A DNA stretch of 64,000 nucleotides from contig JAZDJR010000018.1 in the NCBI GenBank assembly GCA_043803815.1, forward strand, positions 55,730 through 119,729, read 5' to 3'. The position numbers were made by a program, and so were the translations under genes. The notes below the pieces were generated by a model. That model searched no databases and had not been told where the DNA came from. It saw nothing but the letters and a program-made list of their open reading frames with translations. The stretch is from Candidatus Micrarchaeota archaeon (lineage in GTDB: Archaea; Iainarchaeota; Iainarchaeia; Iainarchaeales; JAGVWC01). Shown here in pieces: positions 27,311-36,483 of the stretch. Positions within the stretch are counted from its first letter, which is position 1. Every line of letters begins with the position of its first letter.

Positions 27311-29278
27311 TCATGGTTTTTGGCAGTATGCCAAAGCCGGGTGGTCCGCGCAGACGATTTGGGTCAAGGCATTGATTTGGGCTTGTTGTTGCTTGACCAG
27401 TTCGATGGTGTAAAAAGGCAGTTTGTCAGCGGCATATCCTTTGGTGGTGCCGTCGTCTCGGTAGAGTTCGGGCAATACCTGTTGGAGGTCTTCCGCAATA
27501 TAACCAAAGTCCTTTTGGCCGTTGGCTTTCCAAGTGAACGATTTGGGCTGAAGCAAAAGAATGCGTTTTGAATCCAATTGAACGGGTTGAATGTTGGTCT
27601 TGTAGTCGCGCGAGGAAGGATTGGTATTTGTCAGGACGCCGGCATTTGAATAAACCGGACCGTTGGTTGTCAGATTGAATATTTTCACGCCGCCACCGGC
27701 TTGTAACCTCATTCTTTCGGTTCCTCCAGCACTGGGATTTCTATCCTCATAGAAAATCAGCGCGCCTGTGCCATCAGAAACCCCGAATCCCCAATCCTTT
27801 GAACCGGCATCGGTTAGTTGAATAAAAGCCCCGCCAGCATTGGCGATGCGAAGGCCGATTTGATTACGCGTGACGGGGGCCAGAATATCAAGGGGTACGG
27901 AAGGACTTGTGGCACCGATTCCCACGTTGCCGCCATAGGATTGCAGTACCAGCGATCCTGCCAAAGTTCCATCATTGACGTCAATGTCCGCGTAGCGCTG
28001 AGCAGGGTCGGAACTGGTTTTGAGACCCATGCGAAGTACCATCGCATCGCCAGCCAGGGGCTCACTGGTCGCCAAATAAAGAAGGTGCATGAGTGGGCTA
28101 TTTTGGGTTTTGAGAGTACTGGTTCGGATATCCAAGTTTACACCCGGATTGTTGGTATTGATTCCGACGCCGCCCCATTGCGCAAAGGTCATAATGGGAG
28201 TAGGGGTTTCGCCCGCGTTCGCATTTCCATTATAAACCCGCAATCCCCCCATGGTCGCAGGGATGGCTTTGGTGGTGATGTAAAAGTTGCTGGTTGGAGT
28301 AACACTGCTTCCGATTTGGATTTCTTTTGAAACTTCTAGGAACGTGTGGGGTGTCGTTGTTCCAATGCCCACGTTGCCACCTGCTGCTATTCTCATAACT
28401 TCTGTTCCTGCTGCGCCAGAAGCTCTATTTTCAACAAAAGTTAATGCGTTTGAGCCGTCAGCTACACCTAACGCCCAATCTTTGGTTCCACCATCAACTA
28501 ATTGGATAAATGCACCGGCCGTATTTGCAATTCTAAGCCCTATTTGATTTGACCCAATTGGAGAAACAATATCAAGAGGAACAGTTGGTCCCGCCGTCCC
28601 AATTCCGACTTTGCCGGTTTGTGTTATTCTAACCGCATCATCAATGTTGCCCGCCCGAACACTAACAGCACCAGCTCCAGGATCATAAAATCCGGCGGAA
28701 CGGGCATTGTTTAAGAAAATCCCCTGCCCAGTAATTGCTCCCGCTACTTCTAATTTATTACCGCTTAGCGGACTCGCCGTCCCAATTCCGACATTTCCGT
28801 TTCCAACAATGGTTAATCTGTTACCTGCCGCAGTATTATCTCTTATACTGAAGTTCCCGTCAGGAGCCACGCGCAACTGCCAGCTTCTCAAAGTATTGTC
28901 GATATCAATATGCGGAACAGCATTTGTAGAAGAGCTGACTCTCAACTTAGTATTGCCCGAGCTTGCCACTTCCAACACTCCGACAGGACTCGTGGTTCCA
29001 ATGCCGACGTTGCCGTCGTTATAATACAGGTTTTTGTCGGGTGTCTGAATCCAATAACCGCTTCCACCGCTTCCGCCCAAGTTTTGAAAAATATAGTTGA
29101 TGGTTTCTTGAAGCGTGTGAGTCGCATTGGGAGACGGATTCGGCAGTATGCTCATGCTGGAAGGAGTCAATACGTTGACTTGGATTCCGATGTGCCCCGG
29201 ATTGGGTGCGGTTTGAGCGGCAACTAAAACGGTTAAAAGAACCGCAAAAAAAACAATTAAAAATACTGAGTTTCGCAT
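27311..29278 (-). CDS. Secreted tail-fibre-like protein with GNVGIG repeats and a C-terminal peptidase S74 intramolecular chaperone
   Basis: N-terminal signal peptide, six G(N/K/G)VGIG/N repeats, SSRDYKTNI...LQPKSFTW...GYIAED...PEL, terminal coiled coil. Confidence 0.85.
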   Translation of the reverse strand: MRNSVFLIVFFAVLLTVLVAAQTAPNPGHIGIQVNVLTPSSMSILPNPSPNATHTLQETINYIFQNLGGSGGSGYWIQTPDKNLYYNDGNVGIGTTSPVGVLEVASSGNTKLRVSSSTNAVPHIDIDNTLRSWQLRVAPDGNFSIRDNTAAGNRLTIVGNGNVGIGTASPLSGNKLEVAGAITGQGIFLNNARSAGFYDPGAGAVSVRAGNIDDAVRITQTGKVGIGTAGPTVPLDIVSPIGSNQIGLRIANTAGAFIQLVDGGTKDWALGVADGSNALTFVENRASGAAGTEVMRIAAGGNVGIGTTTPHTFLEVSKEIQIGSSVTPTSNFYITTKAIPATMGGLRVYNGNANAGETPTPIMTFAQWGGVGINTNNPGVNLDIRTSTLKTQNSPLMHLLYLATSEPLAGDAMVLRMGLKTSSDPAQRYADIDVNDGTLAGSLVLQSYGGNVGIGATSPSVPLDILAPVTRNQIGLRIANAGGAFIQLTDAGSKDWGFGVSDGTGALIFYEDRNPSAGGTERMRLQAGGGVKIFNLTTNGPVYSNAGVLTNTNPSSRDYKTNIQPVQLDSKRILLLQPKSFTWKANGQKDFGYIAEDLQQVLPELYRDDGTTKGYAADKLPFYTIELVKQQQAQINALTQIVCADHPALAYCQKP

Positions 29279-29331
29279 GGTTTCGCTTTAACAAACGGGA
29301 TTTTGGTATTTATTCGTTTCTATGCAATTAA

Positions 29332-29682
29332 ATGACCCTGAAACCGATTGAAACCGGCCAAAAATGGATTTTGGCAATCGTCATTTTGGCACTGGTATTG
29401 CTGGCGGTTGGCTGGTTTGGTTTTGACCAGTACTCCAAAAACCAGGCTTTGCAGGCCGAAGCGGAATTGCAAAACATGTACCGACAAGGCGTTGTAGACG
29501 GACAAAACCTGGCGTTGCAAGCGGTGCAAGAACGCATTTTGAGTTCATTGCAGCAAAACGGTTATTTGGATGTTTCGTTTACGGACGACCAAAACCAAAC
29601 GCGCTCGGAACGGTTATGGTCCCAATCCGTGATTCAAAACCAGCTAAACGACCAACGCGCGGATGCCAATTCGAAATCGTGA
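29332..29682 (+). CDS. Hypothetical protein with N-terminal TM segment
   Basis: WILAIVILALVLLAVGWFGF followed by a polar helical region. Confidence 0.7.
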   Translation: MTLKPIETGQKWILAIVILALVLLAVGWFGFDQYSKNQALQAEAELQNMYRQGVVDGQNLALQAVQERILSSLQQNGYLDVSFTDDQNQTRSERLWSQSVIQNQLNDQRADANSKS

Positions 29683-29732
29683 CCAAAGCCAAAATTTTAA
29701 TAGTCAAAACGCGCAAATCTTATGGCGAACAA

Positions 29733-30881
29733 ATGGAAAAACATTGTTTAATTCCGCTTTTTTTATTGGGCTTTTTTTTGGCTTCGGTTCACGCGCAAAC
29801 CCCGAATACGCTGCAGTGTTATACGGGCATGATAAGTTCGTGCAATCCGGGTTTTACGCCCGTCATTTTTATTTCCGGCCAAGACAACGCGCACGCATCC
29901 GAAACCGCGGACCAAGGTTATGTTCCGGTGTGCTGCAAAAACATGGCGGGTTCTTTAAGCGTTTCAACCAATTCCACCAATCCCGCGTGCGCAACTCCGG
30001 ACAACAACGTTTTTTTGGGATTGTATTCAACCAATTCAAGCACGCCGGCAACGAATTCCCACGGAGAATTCAACGCGGAAGCGGACGGTTCGTACGATTG
30101 GGCCAATTCCGCCAACGCGAACCGGCAATTGTGCTTGAATGCGGGCAGCCAACCGATGTCATGCTGGCGAAGCAGCCAAGAATGCGATTTGCAAAACTCG
30201 GCCTGCGTGCTGGCCATTGCCAATGTTTCCGGCGGGGAAAGTGGGCATGTGGCGGCCTGCGAAACGTACGCTATTCCCGGAGCATATGATTATGTTTGTT
30301 GTTCCACCAGTCCACTGATGCCCACACAGCCGGGCATTCATTTAGTTATTGATTCGCTTTCATTGATTCAGCAGCCCGCGGGCGGCGGGCCGAGTGTTGA
30401 AGTGCCTTTGGCTTCCATTCCGGCAATTTCGGTTCAGCAAACCCCCATTGCCGGAATCAAAGCACGGATAAAAAATTTGGGAATGGCGACTTGCCCGAAC
30501 GCCACGCTGCGTTTTTGGTTTGCCAACGACGACGGCCAAACCATTTTGCCCACTACGGCAACGGGTGCAACTGATTATACTGAAATCACGCCAGTTTCAA
30601 TTAGTGCGGGCGATTCGGTACTGCTAACACTGTTGGATAATCAAAATCCAGTCCAGTTCGCACCAGAAAACGATTTGGCCATGAATTCGCAGAACTTGGC
30701 TCCCAATGTCTACTTGCTGAGCGTGGACGCGTATTGCGATACGGTGCGCCATAATTCCAAACGCGCGTTTTTTTCCGTGTTTAACACATTTTCAATTCCC
30801 GTTCCCGAACTTCCATTTTGGTTGGTTTTATTGATTGCACTGGCTTTTGCAGGAGTGCTGACCGCCAAAAACCAAAAATAA
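29733..30881 (+). CDS. Secreted Cys-rich surface protein with a PEF-CTERM-like (VPEL) sorting signal
   Basis: Signal peptide; Cys-rich domain with three His motifs (NAHA, NSHG, GHVAAC); CARDB-like segment; ends PVPELPFWLVLLIALAFAGVLTAKNQK. Confidence 0.7.
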   Translation: MEKHCLIPLFLLGFFLASVHAQTPNTLQCYTGMISSCNPGFTPVIFISGQDNAHASETADQGYVPVCCKNMAGSLSVSTNSTNPACATPDNNVFLGLYSTNSSTPATNSHGEFNAEADGSYDWANSANANRQLCLNAGSQPMSCWRSSQECDLQNSACVLAIANVSGGESGHVAACETYAIPGAYDYVCCSTSPLMPTQPGIHLVIDSLSLIQQPAGGGPSVEVPLASIPAISVQQTPIAGIKARIKNLGMATCPNATLRFWFANDDGQTILPTTATGATDYTEITPVSISAGDSVLLTLLDNQNPVQFAPENDLAMNSQNLAPNVYLLSVDAYCDTVRHNSKRAFFSVFNTFSIPVPELPFWLVLLIALAFAGVLTAKNQK

Positions 30882-30897
30882 TACCATTAAAAAATGG

Positions 30898-31248
30898 TTG
30901 AATGGCAAGATGGATATGGCTTCGTTGACATATGAAAAACCAAACGAAAGAAAAACGCTTTTGCTTGGTATCGCCTTGATTATTTTAATTGCATTTATCA
31001 CAGCTGGATTTCCTTTGATTGGACAGGCACTGTCCAAAACAACGCAAGCCGCACTATCCGAACGCACCGCTTGTTATTCGCAAAACTGCGCCATCGGACT
31101 GGAAAACTGCCTGAACAATTCCGCGGCTATATTTAGCGCTTGCCAAAACCGGCACCAAACCAGCTGTTTTAACGCGCAGCAAAACGCCGATGCCGCGTGC
31201 GAGCAACAATTCCGGCAATGCATTCAAAACTGCAAAAACGGCTCATGA
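30898..31248 (+). CDS. Membrane-anchored small Cys-rich protein
   Basis: One TM segment, then 8 Cys in a Gln/Asn-rich helical domain. Confidence 0.65.
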   Translation: MNGKMDMASLTYEKPNERKTLLLGIALIILIAFITAGFPLIGQALSKTTQAALSERTACYSQNCAIGLENCLNNSAAIFSACQNRHQTSCFNAQQNADAACEQQFRQCIQNCKNGS

Positions 31249-31303
31249 AAACTTTACAACCCAATTTTAAGCCTTGTGCAAATAAAATTATAGCGGTGAA
31301 TTT

Positions 31304-31636
31304 ATGTTTCCCGGCATGGGCAATCCTGCCCAAATGAAGCAGATGTTAAAGCAGTTCGGAATCAAGACCGACGAGCTCAAAGTCAAGCGCGTGGTTTTTG
31401 AAACCGATGCCAAAAAAATCGTTTTTGACAGCCCGCAGGTTACGGTTATGGATACGCGGGGCCAAAAAATTTATTCTGTCATCGGCGAGAGCCGCGAGGA
31501 AAACGCGGGGGTTTCGCAGGAAGACGCCGAACTCGTGGCAAGCCAAGCCAAGGTAAGCAGCGCGGTTGCCAAAAAAGCATTGGAAGAAAGCGACGGCGAC
31601 ATCGCGCAGGCCATAGTCAAACTCAAAAAAGAATAA
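31304..31636 (+). CDS. nac: Nascent polypeptide-associated complex protein (aeNAC)
   Basis: MGNPAQMKQMLKQFGI, NAC beta-barrel, UBA tail EDAELVASQA...AKKALEESDGDIAQAI. Confidence 0.93.
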   Translation: MFPGMGNPAQMKQMLKQFGIKTDELKVKRVVFETDAKKIVFDSPQVTVMDTRGQKIYSVIGESREENAGVSQEDAELVASQAKVSSAVAKKALEESDGDIAQAIVKLKKE

Positions 31637-31664
31637 ACAAGAAAAAAGAATTTGAAAAACTTTT

Positions 31665-32147
31665 TTATTGGACCAAATCGCCGATGTAAAACCGGTTAAG
31701 CATTCCGGACGGCGGTACTTGAGAATTGGTTCCGCCGGTTGGCAGGTTGTCGAACACGGTGGTCGCGTCGGTTCCGCAGCTTGGAACCATTGATTGTCCG
31801 TTGGGAATAAACGAGACAAAACGCGCCATGGAATAGACTTTGCCGTGAATAATCATCCAGCAATCCGAAGCCGAATGGTGGACGGCAACTTCGGCAGCGG
31901 TTCGGTTTTGAGGCGGCCCGAAATTTAAGTCTTCGAATCCGCCTGGCGGTCCGCGAACCGTTCCGTTGCGGTCTCTTCCGAATCCGCGGTTTTGGTCAAA
32001 GCCGCGGTTAAAGTCGCGGTTGCCGCGAAAGCGGTTTTGGTCCGCGGAATTGTTGGGGTTGGTGGACGAACTTGGAGCGGTGCAGCCCGCCAATACCAAA
32101 ACTGTTGCAAGCGCCAACGCCAAAAAAATTTTTTGTTTTACTCGCAA
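31665..32147 (-). CDS. Lipoprotein with a cytochrome b5-like fold lacking the heme-ligand histidines
   Basis: Lipobox LAG-C; HHSASDCWMIIHGKVY, CGTDAT..F, YIGDL; FIPNG in place of HPGG. Confidence 0.8.
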   Translation of the reverse strand: MRVKQKIFLALALATVLVLAGCTAPSSSTNPNNSADQNRFRGNRDFNRGFDQNRGFGRDRNGTVRGPPGGFEDLNFGPPQNRTAAEVAVHHSASDCWMIIHGKVYSMARFVSFIPNGQSMVPSCGTDATTVFDNLPTGGTNSQVPPSGMLNRFYIGDLVQ

Positions 32148-32197
32148 TTTGGTTTTCGCCTTTATTTTTTATTTTTTTTCTTTATTTTTTGTTTTTT

Positions 32198-33493
32198 TTA
32201 TTCGTAGCGCAAAGCGTCGATGGGTTTGAGCCTGGACGCGGTTCGCGCGGGAACGATTCCGGCCAAGACTCCGATGACTGTGGACAATACAATGGCTTCA
32301 ACCAACAGGATTGGCGTGACGAGAGTGGTGATACCGCCGCCTCCTGCGATTCCGCCGGCAATGCGAAGCCCCGCTTCGGTCAGGCCGTAAGAAATTAATG
32401 TTCCCAAAATTGCGCCGATTACTCCGCCGACCAGGCCGAATAAGGCGGATTCAATGACAAAGAGGCGCAATACTTCATAGTTGGATGCACCCAAGGCTTT
32501 CAGGATTCCGATTTCGTGCGTTTTTTCAAGAACCGAAGTAAACATGCTGTTGGCAACTCCGATGGCGCCCACCAATAGGGAAACCGCGGCGATTGCGCCC
32601 AAAAACAGGGTTAGGGTATCGGTAACGCTGCTGACTTGCTGCTGAATCGCCTGCGCGGAAGTAATCGTAAAGTCCTGGTTTTGGCTGGTTACTTTTCGCG
32701 AAATCAATAAAGACTGGGTCAATTGCGAAACCGTGTTGTCCGCTTGGCTTACGTCCGCCACTTTTAATTGGATGGAAGAATAGGTATCCTTGTTGATGTC
32801 CGTGAGAACATTCCAGGCCGAAGTGTAAGGGATATAAACGCTGTTGTCCCCGCCTCCGCCGCCGAATCCGCCTCCGCTGGAAGCAAGTATTCCGACAACT
32901 GTGAAAGGCTTGTCGTTTAAGATAATTGGGCGACCCAAGGTAATGGGCAATTTGAAAGTGGAATTGGCTACGCGGCTTCCGATAACAACCGCCTGCGAAT
33001 CGCTCGGGGTCAAAAATCGGCCGCTGGCCAAAGTAAGGTTGGTCATTTGTTTCCAGGGCAAGGGGTCGATTCCCTGTACGCTGACGTCGGCTTTTTCGGA
33101 AAGGAAAACCAGGTCGCTTCGGCCCGAAACAATTCTATTTAGTAGCAGCACCTGCGGGTTTTGCTGGATAACCTGAAAATCTTTTTTGGTCAGTTCGGGA
33201 GTCGTGCTGTTGGAAGTGGAAGTCGCAGTCCTGCCGCCACTTGTGCCTTCTCCGCCGCCGCGAACGTTTCCAAAAAATCCGCCCGCGCGGTTAAATCCGG
33301 GAGAAATCGTGACTTGGTCCGCGCCGAATCCGGATAACCGCGCACTGATGCTTGCTTGCGCGCCTTCGCCGATGGAAATAATGGATACTACCGCGGCTAC
33401 ACCGATAATGATTCCGAGTAACGTCAGCCAGGCGCGCAGCCTGCGATGCAGAATGCTGTTGACGGACAGCTCGAACGAGTCGGCGAATCGCAC
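32198..33493 (-). CDS. MacB/FtsX-like ABC transporter permease
   Basis: LTLLGIIIGVAAVV, SLLVGAIGVANSMFTSVLEKTHEIGILKALGA, PARTASRLKPIDALRYE. Confidence 0.95.
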   Translation of the reverse strand: MRFADSFELSVNSILHRRLRAWLTLLGIIIGVAAVVSIISIGEGAQASISARLSGFGADQVTISPGFNRAGGFFGNVRGGGEGTSGGRTATSTSNSTTPELTKKDFQVIQQNPQVLLLNRIVSGRSDLVFLSEKADVSVQGIDPLPWKQMTNLTLASGRFLTPSDSQAVVIGSRVANSTFKLPITLGRPIILNDKPFTVVGILASSGGGFGGGGGDNSVYIPYTSAWNVLTDINKDTYSSIQLKVADVSQADNTVSQLTQSLLISRKVTSQNQDFTITSAQAIQQQVSSVTDTLTLFLGAIAAVSLLVGAIGVANSMFTSVLEKTHEIGILKALGASNYEVLRLFVIESALFGLVGGVIGAILGTLISYGLTEAGLRIAGGIAGGGGITTLVTPILLVEAIVLSTVIGVLAGIVPARTASRLKPIDALRYE

Positions 33494-33496
33494 GAT

Positions 33497-34960
33497 CTAT
33501 CCTCCGTTCTGCTTTCGCTTGAAAAACCAAATGAGAATTCCAAAGGACAGGATTCCAGCGACTGCCGCGCTGATAAGGCTTGCAGCGAACAGGTAAACGC
33601 TGGCTAAAAACAGCGCGATGACTATGATGAGAAACAGGCCGAACTTTTTCCAGTCTTTTTTGGAACGAAAATAGTTATAGGCGATTCCTCCAAGGCCGAT
33701 GACAGCCAACAAGGCCCAGGGCAGCCAGGACAAATTGTTTCGCTGCTGGAACTGGGTTGCGGCAATGTTTGCGTTTCCAGTGGTCGCATTTAACGCGACT
33801 TCTTTGACTACGCTTTGGCGCTGGCCGGTCGTATCCGTATAATCGATGGTTACTTTTAAGGTCTGCGAAGCTGGTGAAAATCCTGTTCCGCCTGTGCCTG
33901 TTCCACCGGTTCCGCTGGTGCCGCCGGTTCCAGTAGTTCCACCGGCTCTGCGTCCTGCACCAAAACCGCTTCCTTGGTTCTGGTCGATGCTAACGGTCGG
34001 CACTTGAAAATTGGCGAGCGTAAAATCGCCTTTGTTCAGGTTTCCCAAAATGGCCACGTTGCTTCCGACTATTCGGATGCCGTCTTGGGGAAGAATTTTG
34101 ACGACTACGGCTCCGGCGTTGTTGGAGCCGATATTGGCAATGCTGACGGATAATTGCCCCGAGGTCTGGTTATCGATGCTGGCTTCAAAATCGGTAGTTC
34201 CGCCTACGACAAGCCCCACTTGCGAAGTTTGGATTTGGGTTCCGTTGTTGTCGACAAAGGAAACCGTGACATCCAGCGAATACACTCCGGTTGCTATGTT
34301 AGGGTCGGCTACAACCGTGTATGAAACGGGAACGTTTGAGTCGGCTTCCAATTGGTCGATGTAGCGCTTGTTGTCGGTTCCCAAGGGCAGCACCAAATTG
34401 TTTTTTTCCTGCCAGGAAAGCGAAATATTGGAAATGGAAGTTTCGCTCAGGTTTTGAAGCGAAAAAACAATCGTGGTCGGCGATGACGGACTGATGACGT
34501 TGGGCGAAACCGAAACATCGATGTTTTTTTGGGTTTTGAAAACAGGAATCGCGAGCGTTTCTTTTTGGCTGACCGGCTGATTGTCCCGCAAATAAATAAG
34601 GTTTACAAAAAGAGGATAATATCCCGCGATGGTTCCTGGCTTGACCCGAAACGAAAACACCAAAGTTTTGGTTGAATCGGGAGAAATAAGCGAAATAAAA
34701 TCGCTTGGCTTTACGGGTTCAAACTGGTTTCCCAGCTCCAGCTGGGCGTTCAAATCGATTACCGGCAAAAGCGTGGCACGGTTATGAACAGCCAAGGCCA
34801 GGCTGACCGTATCGCCCGAACGAATCGATGCGGGTAAATAGGTGGTTTGGGAAATTTCAATCAGGTTGGAATACTCCGCGGTCGCGGCGTGCACAAACGG
34901 AATAATTGCCGCCAATGCAAAAACGAGGCTTATCGCCAGTGCGAATTTTTTTTCGTTCAT
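33497..34960 (-). CDS. COG1361 S-layer-family protein
   Basis: Signal peptide, Ig-like repeats, SIANIGSNNAG, LGNLNKGDFT, Gly/Thr linker, C-terminal TM segments; sits between ABC ATPase and permease. Confidence 0.8.
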   Translation of the reverse strand: MNEKKFALAISLVFALAAIIPFVHAATAEYSNLIEISQTTYLPASIRSGDTVSLALAVHNRATLLPVIDLNAQLELGNQFEPVKPSDFISLISPDSTKTLVFSFRVKPGTIAGYYPLFVNLIYLRDNQPVSQKETLAIPVFKTQKNIDVSVSPNVISPSSPTTIVFSLQNLSETSISNISLSWQEKNNLVLPLGTDNKRYIDQLEADSNVPVSYTVVADPNIATGVYSLDVTVSFVDNNGTQIQTSQVGLVVGGTTDFEASIDNQTSGQLSVSIANIGSNNAGAVVVKILPQDGIRIVGSNVAILGNLNKGDFTLANFQVPTVSIDQNQGSGFGAGRRAGGTTGTGGTSGTGGTGTGGTGFSPASQTLKVTIDYTDTTGQRQSVVKEVALNATTGNANIAATQFQQRNNLSWLPWALLAVIGLGGIAYNYFRSKKDWKKFGLFLIIVIALFLASVYLFAASLISAAVAGILSFGILIWFFKRKQNGG

Positions 34961-35667
34961 TTTCTTTTCTCCTTTTTTTTGTTTTTTACATCGGAAACGA
35001 TTTTGCCGTCCCGCATCGTGACAATCCGGTCGGCGACTGCGGCAATATCGTTTTCGTGGGTAACCAGCACGATTGTTTTGGATTCTTTTTTGTTCAGGTT
35101 CTCAAACAAAGACATTATTTCCACACTTGTTTTGGTGTCCAGATTTCCCGTGGGTTCGTCCGCCAGCATCAGTGAAGGCGTTGTGGACAATGCGCGCGCA
35201 ACGGCGATGCGCTGGCGCTCCCCGCCGGACAGCTGTCCGGGCAGGTGGTTTTTCCGGTTTTCCAGCCCCACAAGCCGAACCAGCTCGTTTACTTTTTTCG
35301 TGATTTCAGCGGGATTAAACTCGTGGATTTTCATGGGGAGCGCGATGTTTTCCGACACGTTTAAGGTGGGATACAAATTAAAATTCTGGAAAACAAAACC
35401 GATTTTTTTTCCGCGAATCCTGGCCACTTGGTTTTCGGACAGGCTCGTAATATCGGTTCCGTCAATCAATACCTTTCCGCCGGTCGGCGAGTCCAAGGCG
35501 CCAATCAGGTTTAACATTGTCGATTTTCCGGAGCCAGACGCTCCCATAATCGCCACAAACTCGCCATCGTAAATTTTCAGGTCAATGTTGCGAACCGCGG
35601 TGACTTCCACCAAATCCAAATGATACACTTTGGAGACATTCTGCAGTTCCAAAACGAGTTTAGCCAT
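34957..35667 (-). CDS. ABC transporter ATP-binding protein (LolD/MacB type)
   Basis: GASGSGKST, FVFQNFNL, LSGGERQRIAVARAL, LADEPTGNLD, VTHE. Confidence 0.96.
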   Translation of the reverse strand: MAKLVLELQNVSKVYHLDLVEVTAVRNIDLKIYDGEFVAIMGASGSGKSTMLNLIGALDSPTGGKVLIDGTDITSLSENQVARIRGKKIGFVFQNFNLYPTLNVSENIALPMKIHEFNPAEITKKVNELVRLVGLENRKNHLPGQLSGGERQRIAVARALSTTPSLMLADEPTGNLDTKTSVEIMSLFENLNKKESKTIVLVTHENDIAAVADRIVTMRDGKIVSDVKNKKKEKRK

Positions 35668-35820
35668 ATAAAACCATTTCCTTGTCCTTTTGCCGGCTTT
35701 TTCGTTCGCCCTTAAAAGGGCTCGGGATTTGCCCCTGTTTTAAATGGGATTGTACGCGTTAATAATACGAAGTGAAATCACCTGAAACGCAACGTTAACC
35801 CTTTTGAAAAAGGTTGAAAT

Positions 35821-36414
35821 ATGAAACAAGCCGAAACGGGATTTAAAACCAAGAAAAAATATGTTTTGATAATGGTGCTGTGCTTTTTGTACGGCGGTTT
35901 TGCGCTTTTTTTGTTTGCAACCGAAGCATACACTGCCTATTGGAGAGCCGACATTTTGAACACTTCGCGCTTTGGCCCTCCCGATGATTTTAACCGGGGC
36001 CAGCCTCCCGATTTTAACCGGCTGGCGGATAACAATCAAAACTCGGTTGCCGGCCGCTTTCCCCGCGACCCCGTTGCCGCCTTGACTTCTCCCGCGGCAC
36101 TGATTGAACTTTTTGGCGGAATTATATCTTTATTGGCGGGACTTGGAATTTGGAACCTGATTCGCGAAAAAGAAATCAAAAAAATAAAGGAAGAAACCGC
36201 CAACCATTTGCTTTTGCCTGAAGAACGCGCCATTATCGAAGCCGTCAAAAAATCCGGGCTGGAATCCACCCAAGCAAGGCTTGCCAAGGAAACTGGGCTT
36301 TCGCGCGTGCAGATTCACCGCACCCTTAACCGCCTGGAAGCCAAAGGGCTTTTGGAAAAGCACAAGTACGGCTTGACCAATAAAATTATTTTGAAAAAAG
36401 AAATATTTGAATAA
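35821..36414 (+). CDS. Membrane-anchored MarR-like winged-helix regulator
   Basis: Two TM segments, then LLPEERAII...TQARLAKETGLSRVQIHRTLNRLEAKGLLEK...GLTNKI; divergent from the ABC operon. Confidence 0.8.
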   Translation: MKQAETGFKTKKKYVLIMVLCFLYGGFALFLFATEAYTAYWRADILNTSRFGPPDDFNRGQPPDFNRLADNNQNSVAGRFPRDPVAALTSPAALIELFGGIISLLAGLGIWNLIREKEIKKIKEETANHLLLPEERAIIEAVKKSGLESTQARLAKETGLSRVQIHRTLNRLEAKGLLEKHKYGLTNKIILKKEIFE

Positions 36415-36483
36415 ATAATTGCTCAACAAAAAAGCCAATCGTTTGGAATTAGGAATTTGCATTCAGAAAAAGTGCGGGACTTT

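Noticed and set aside
33880-33950. GGT/GGA-ACC-like repeats as a tandem repeat element
   Set aside because: They encode a Gly/Thr linker within the COG1361 protein
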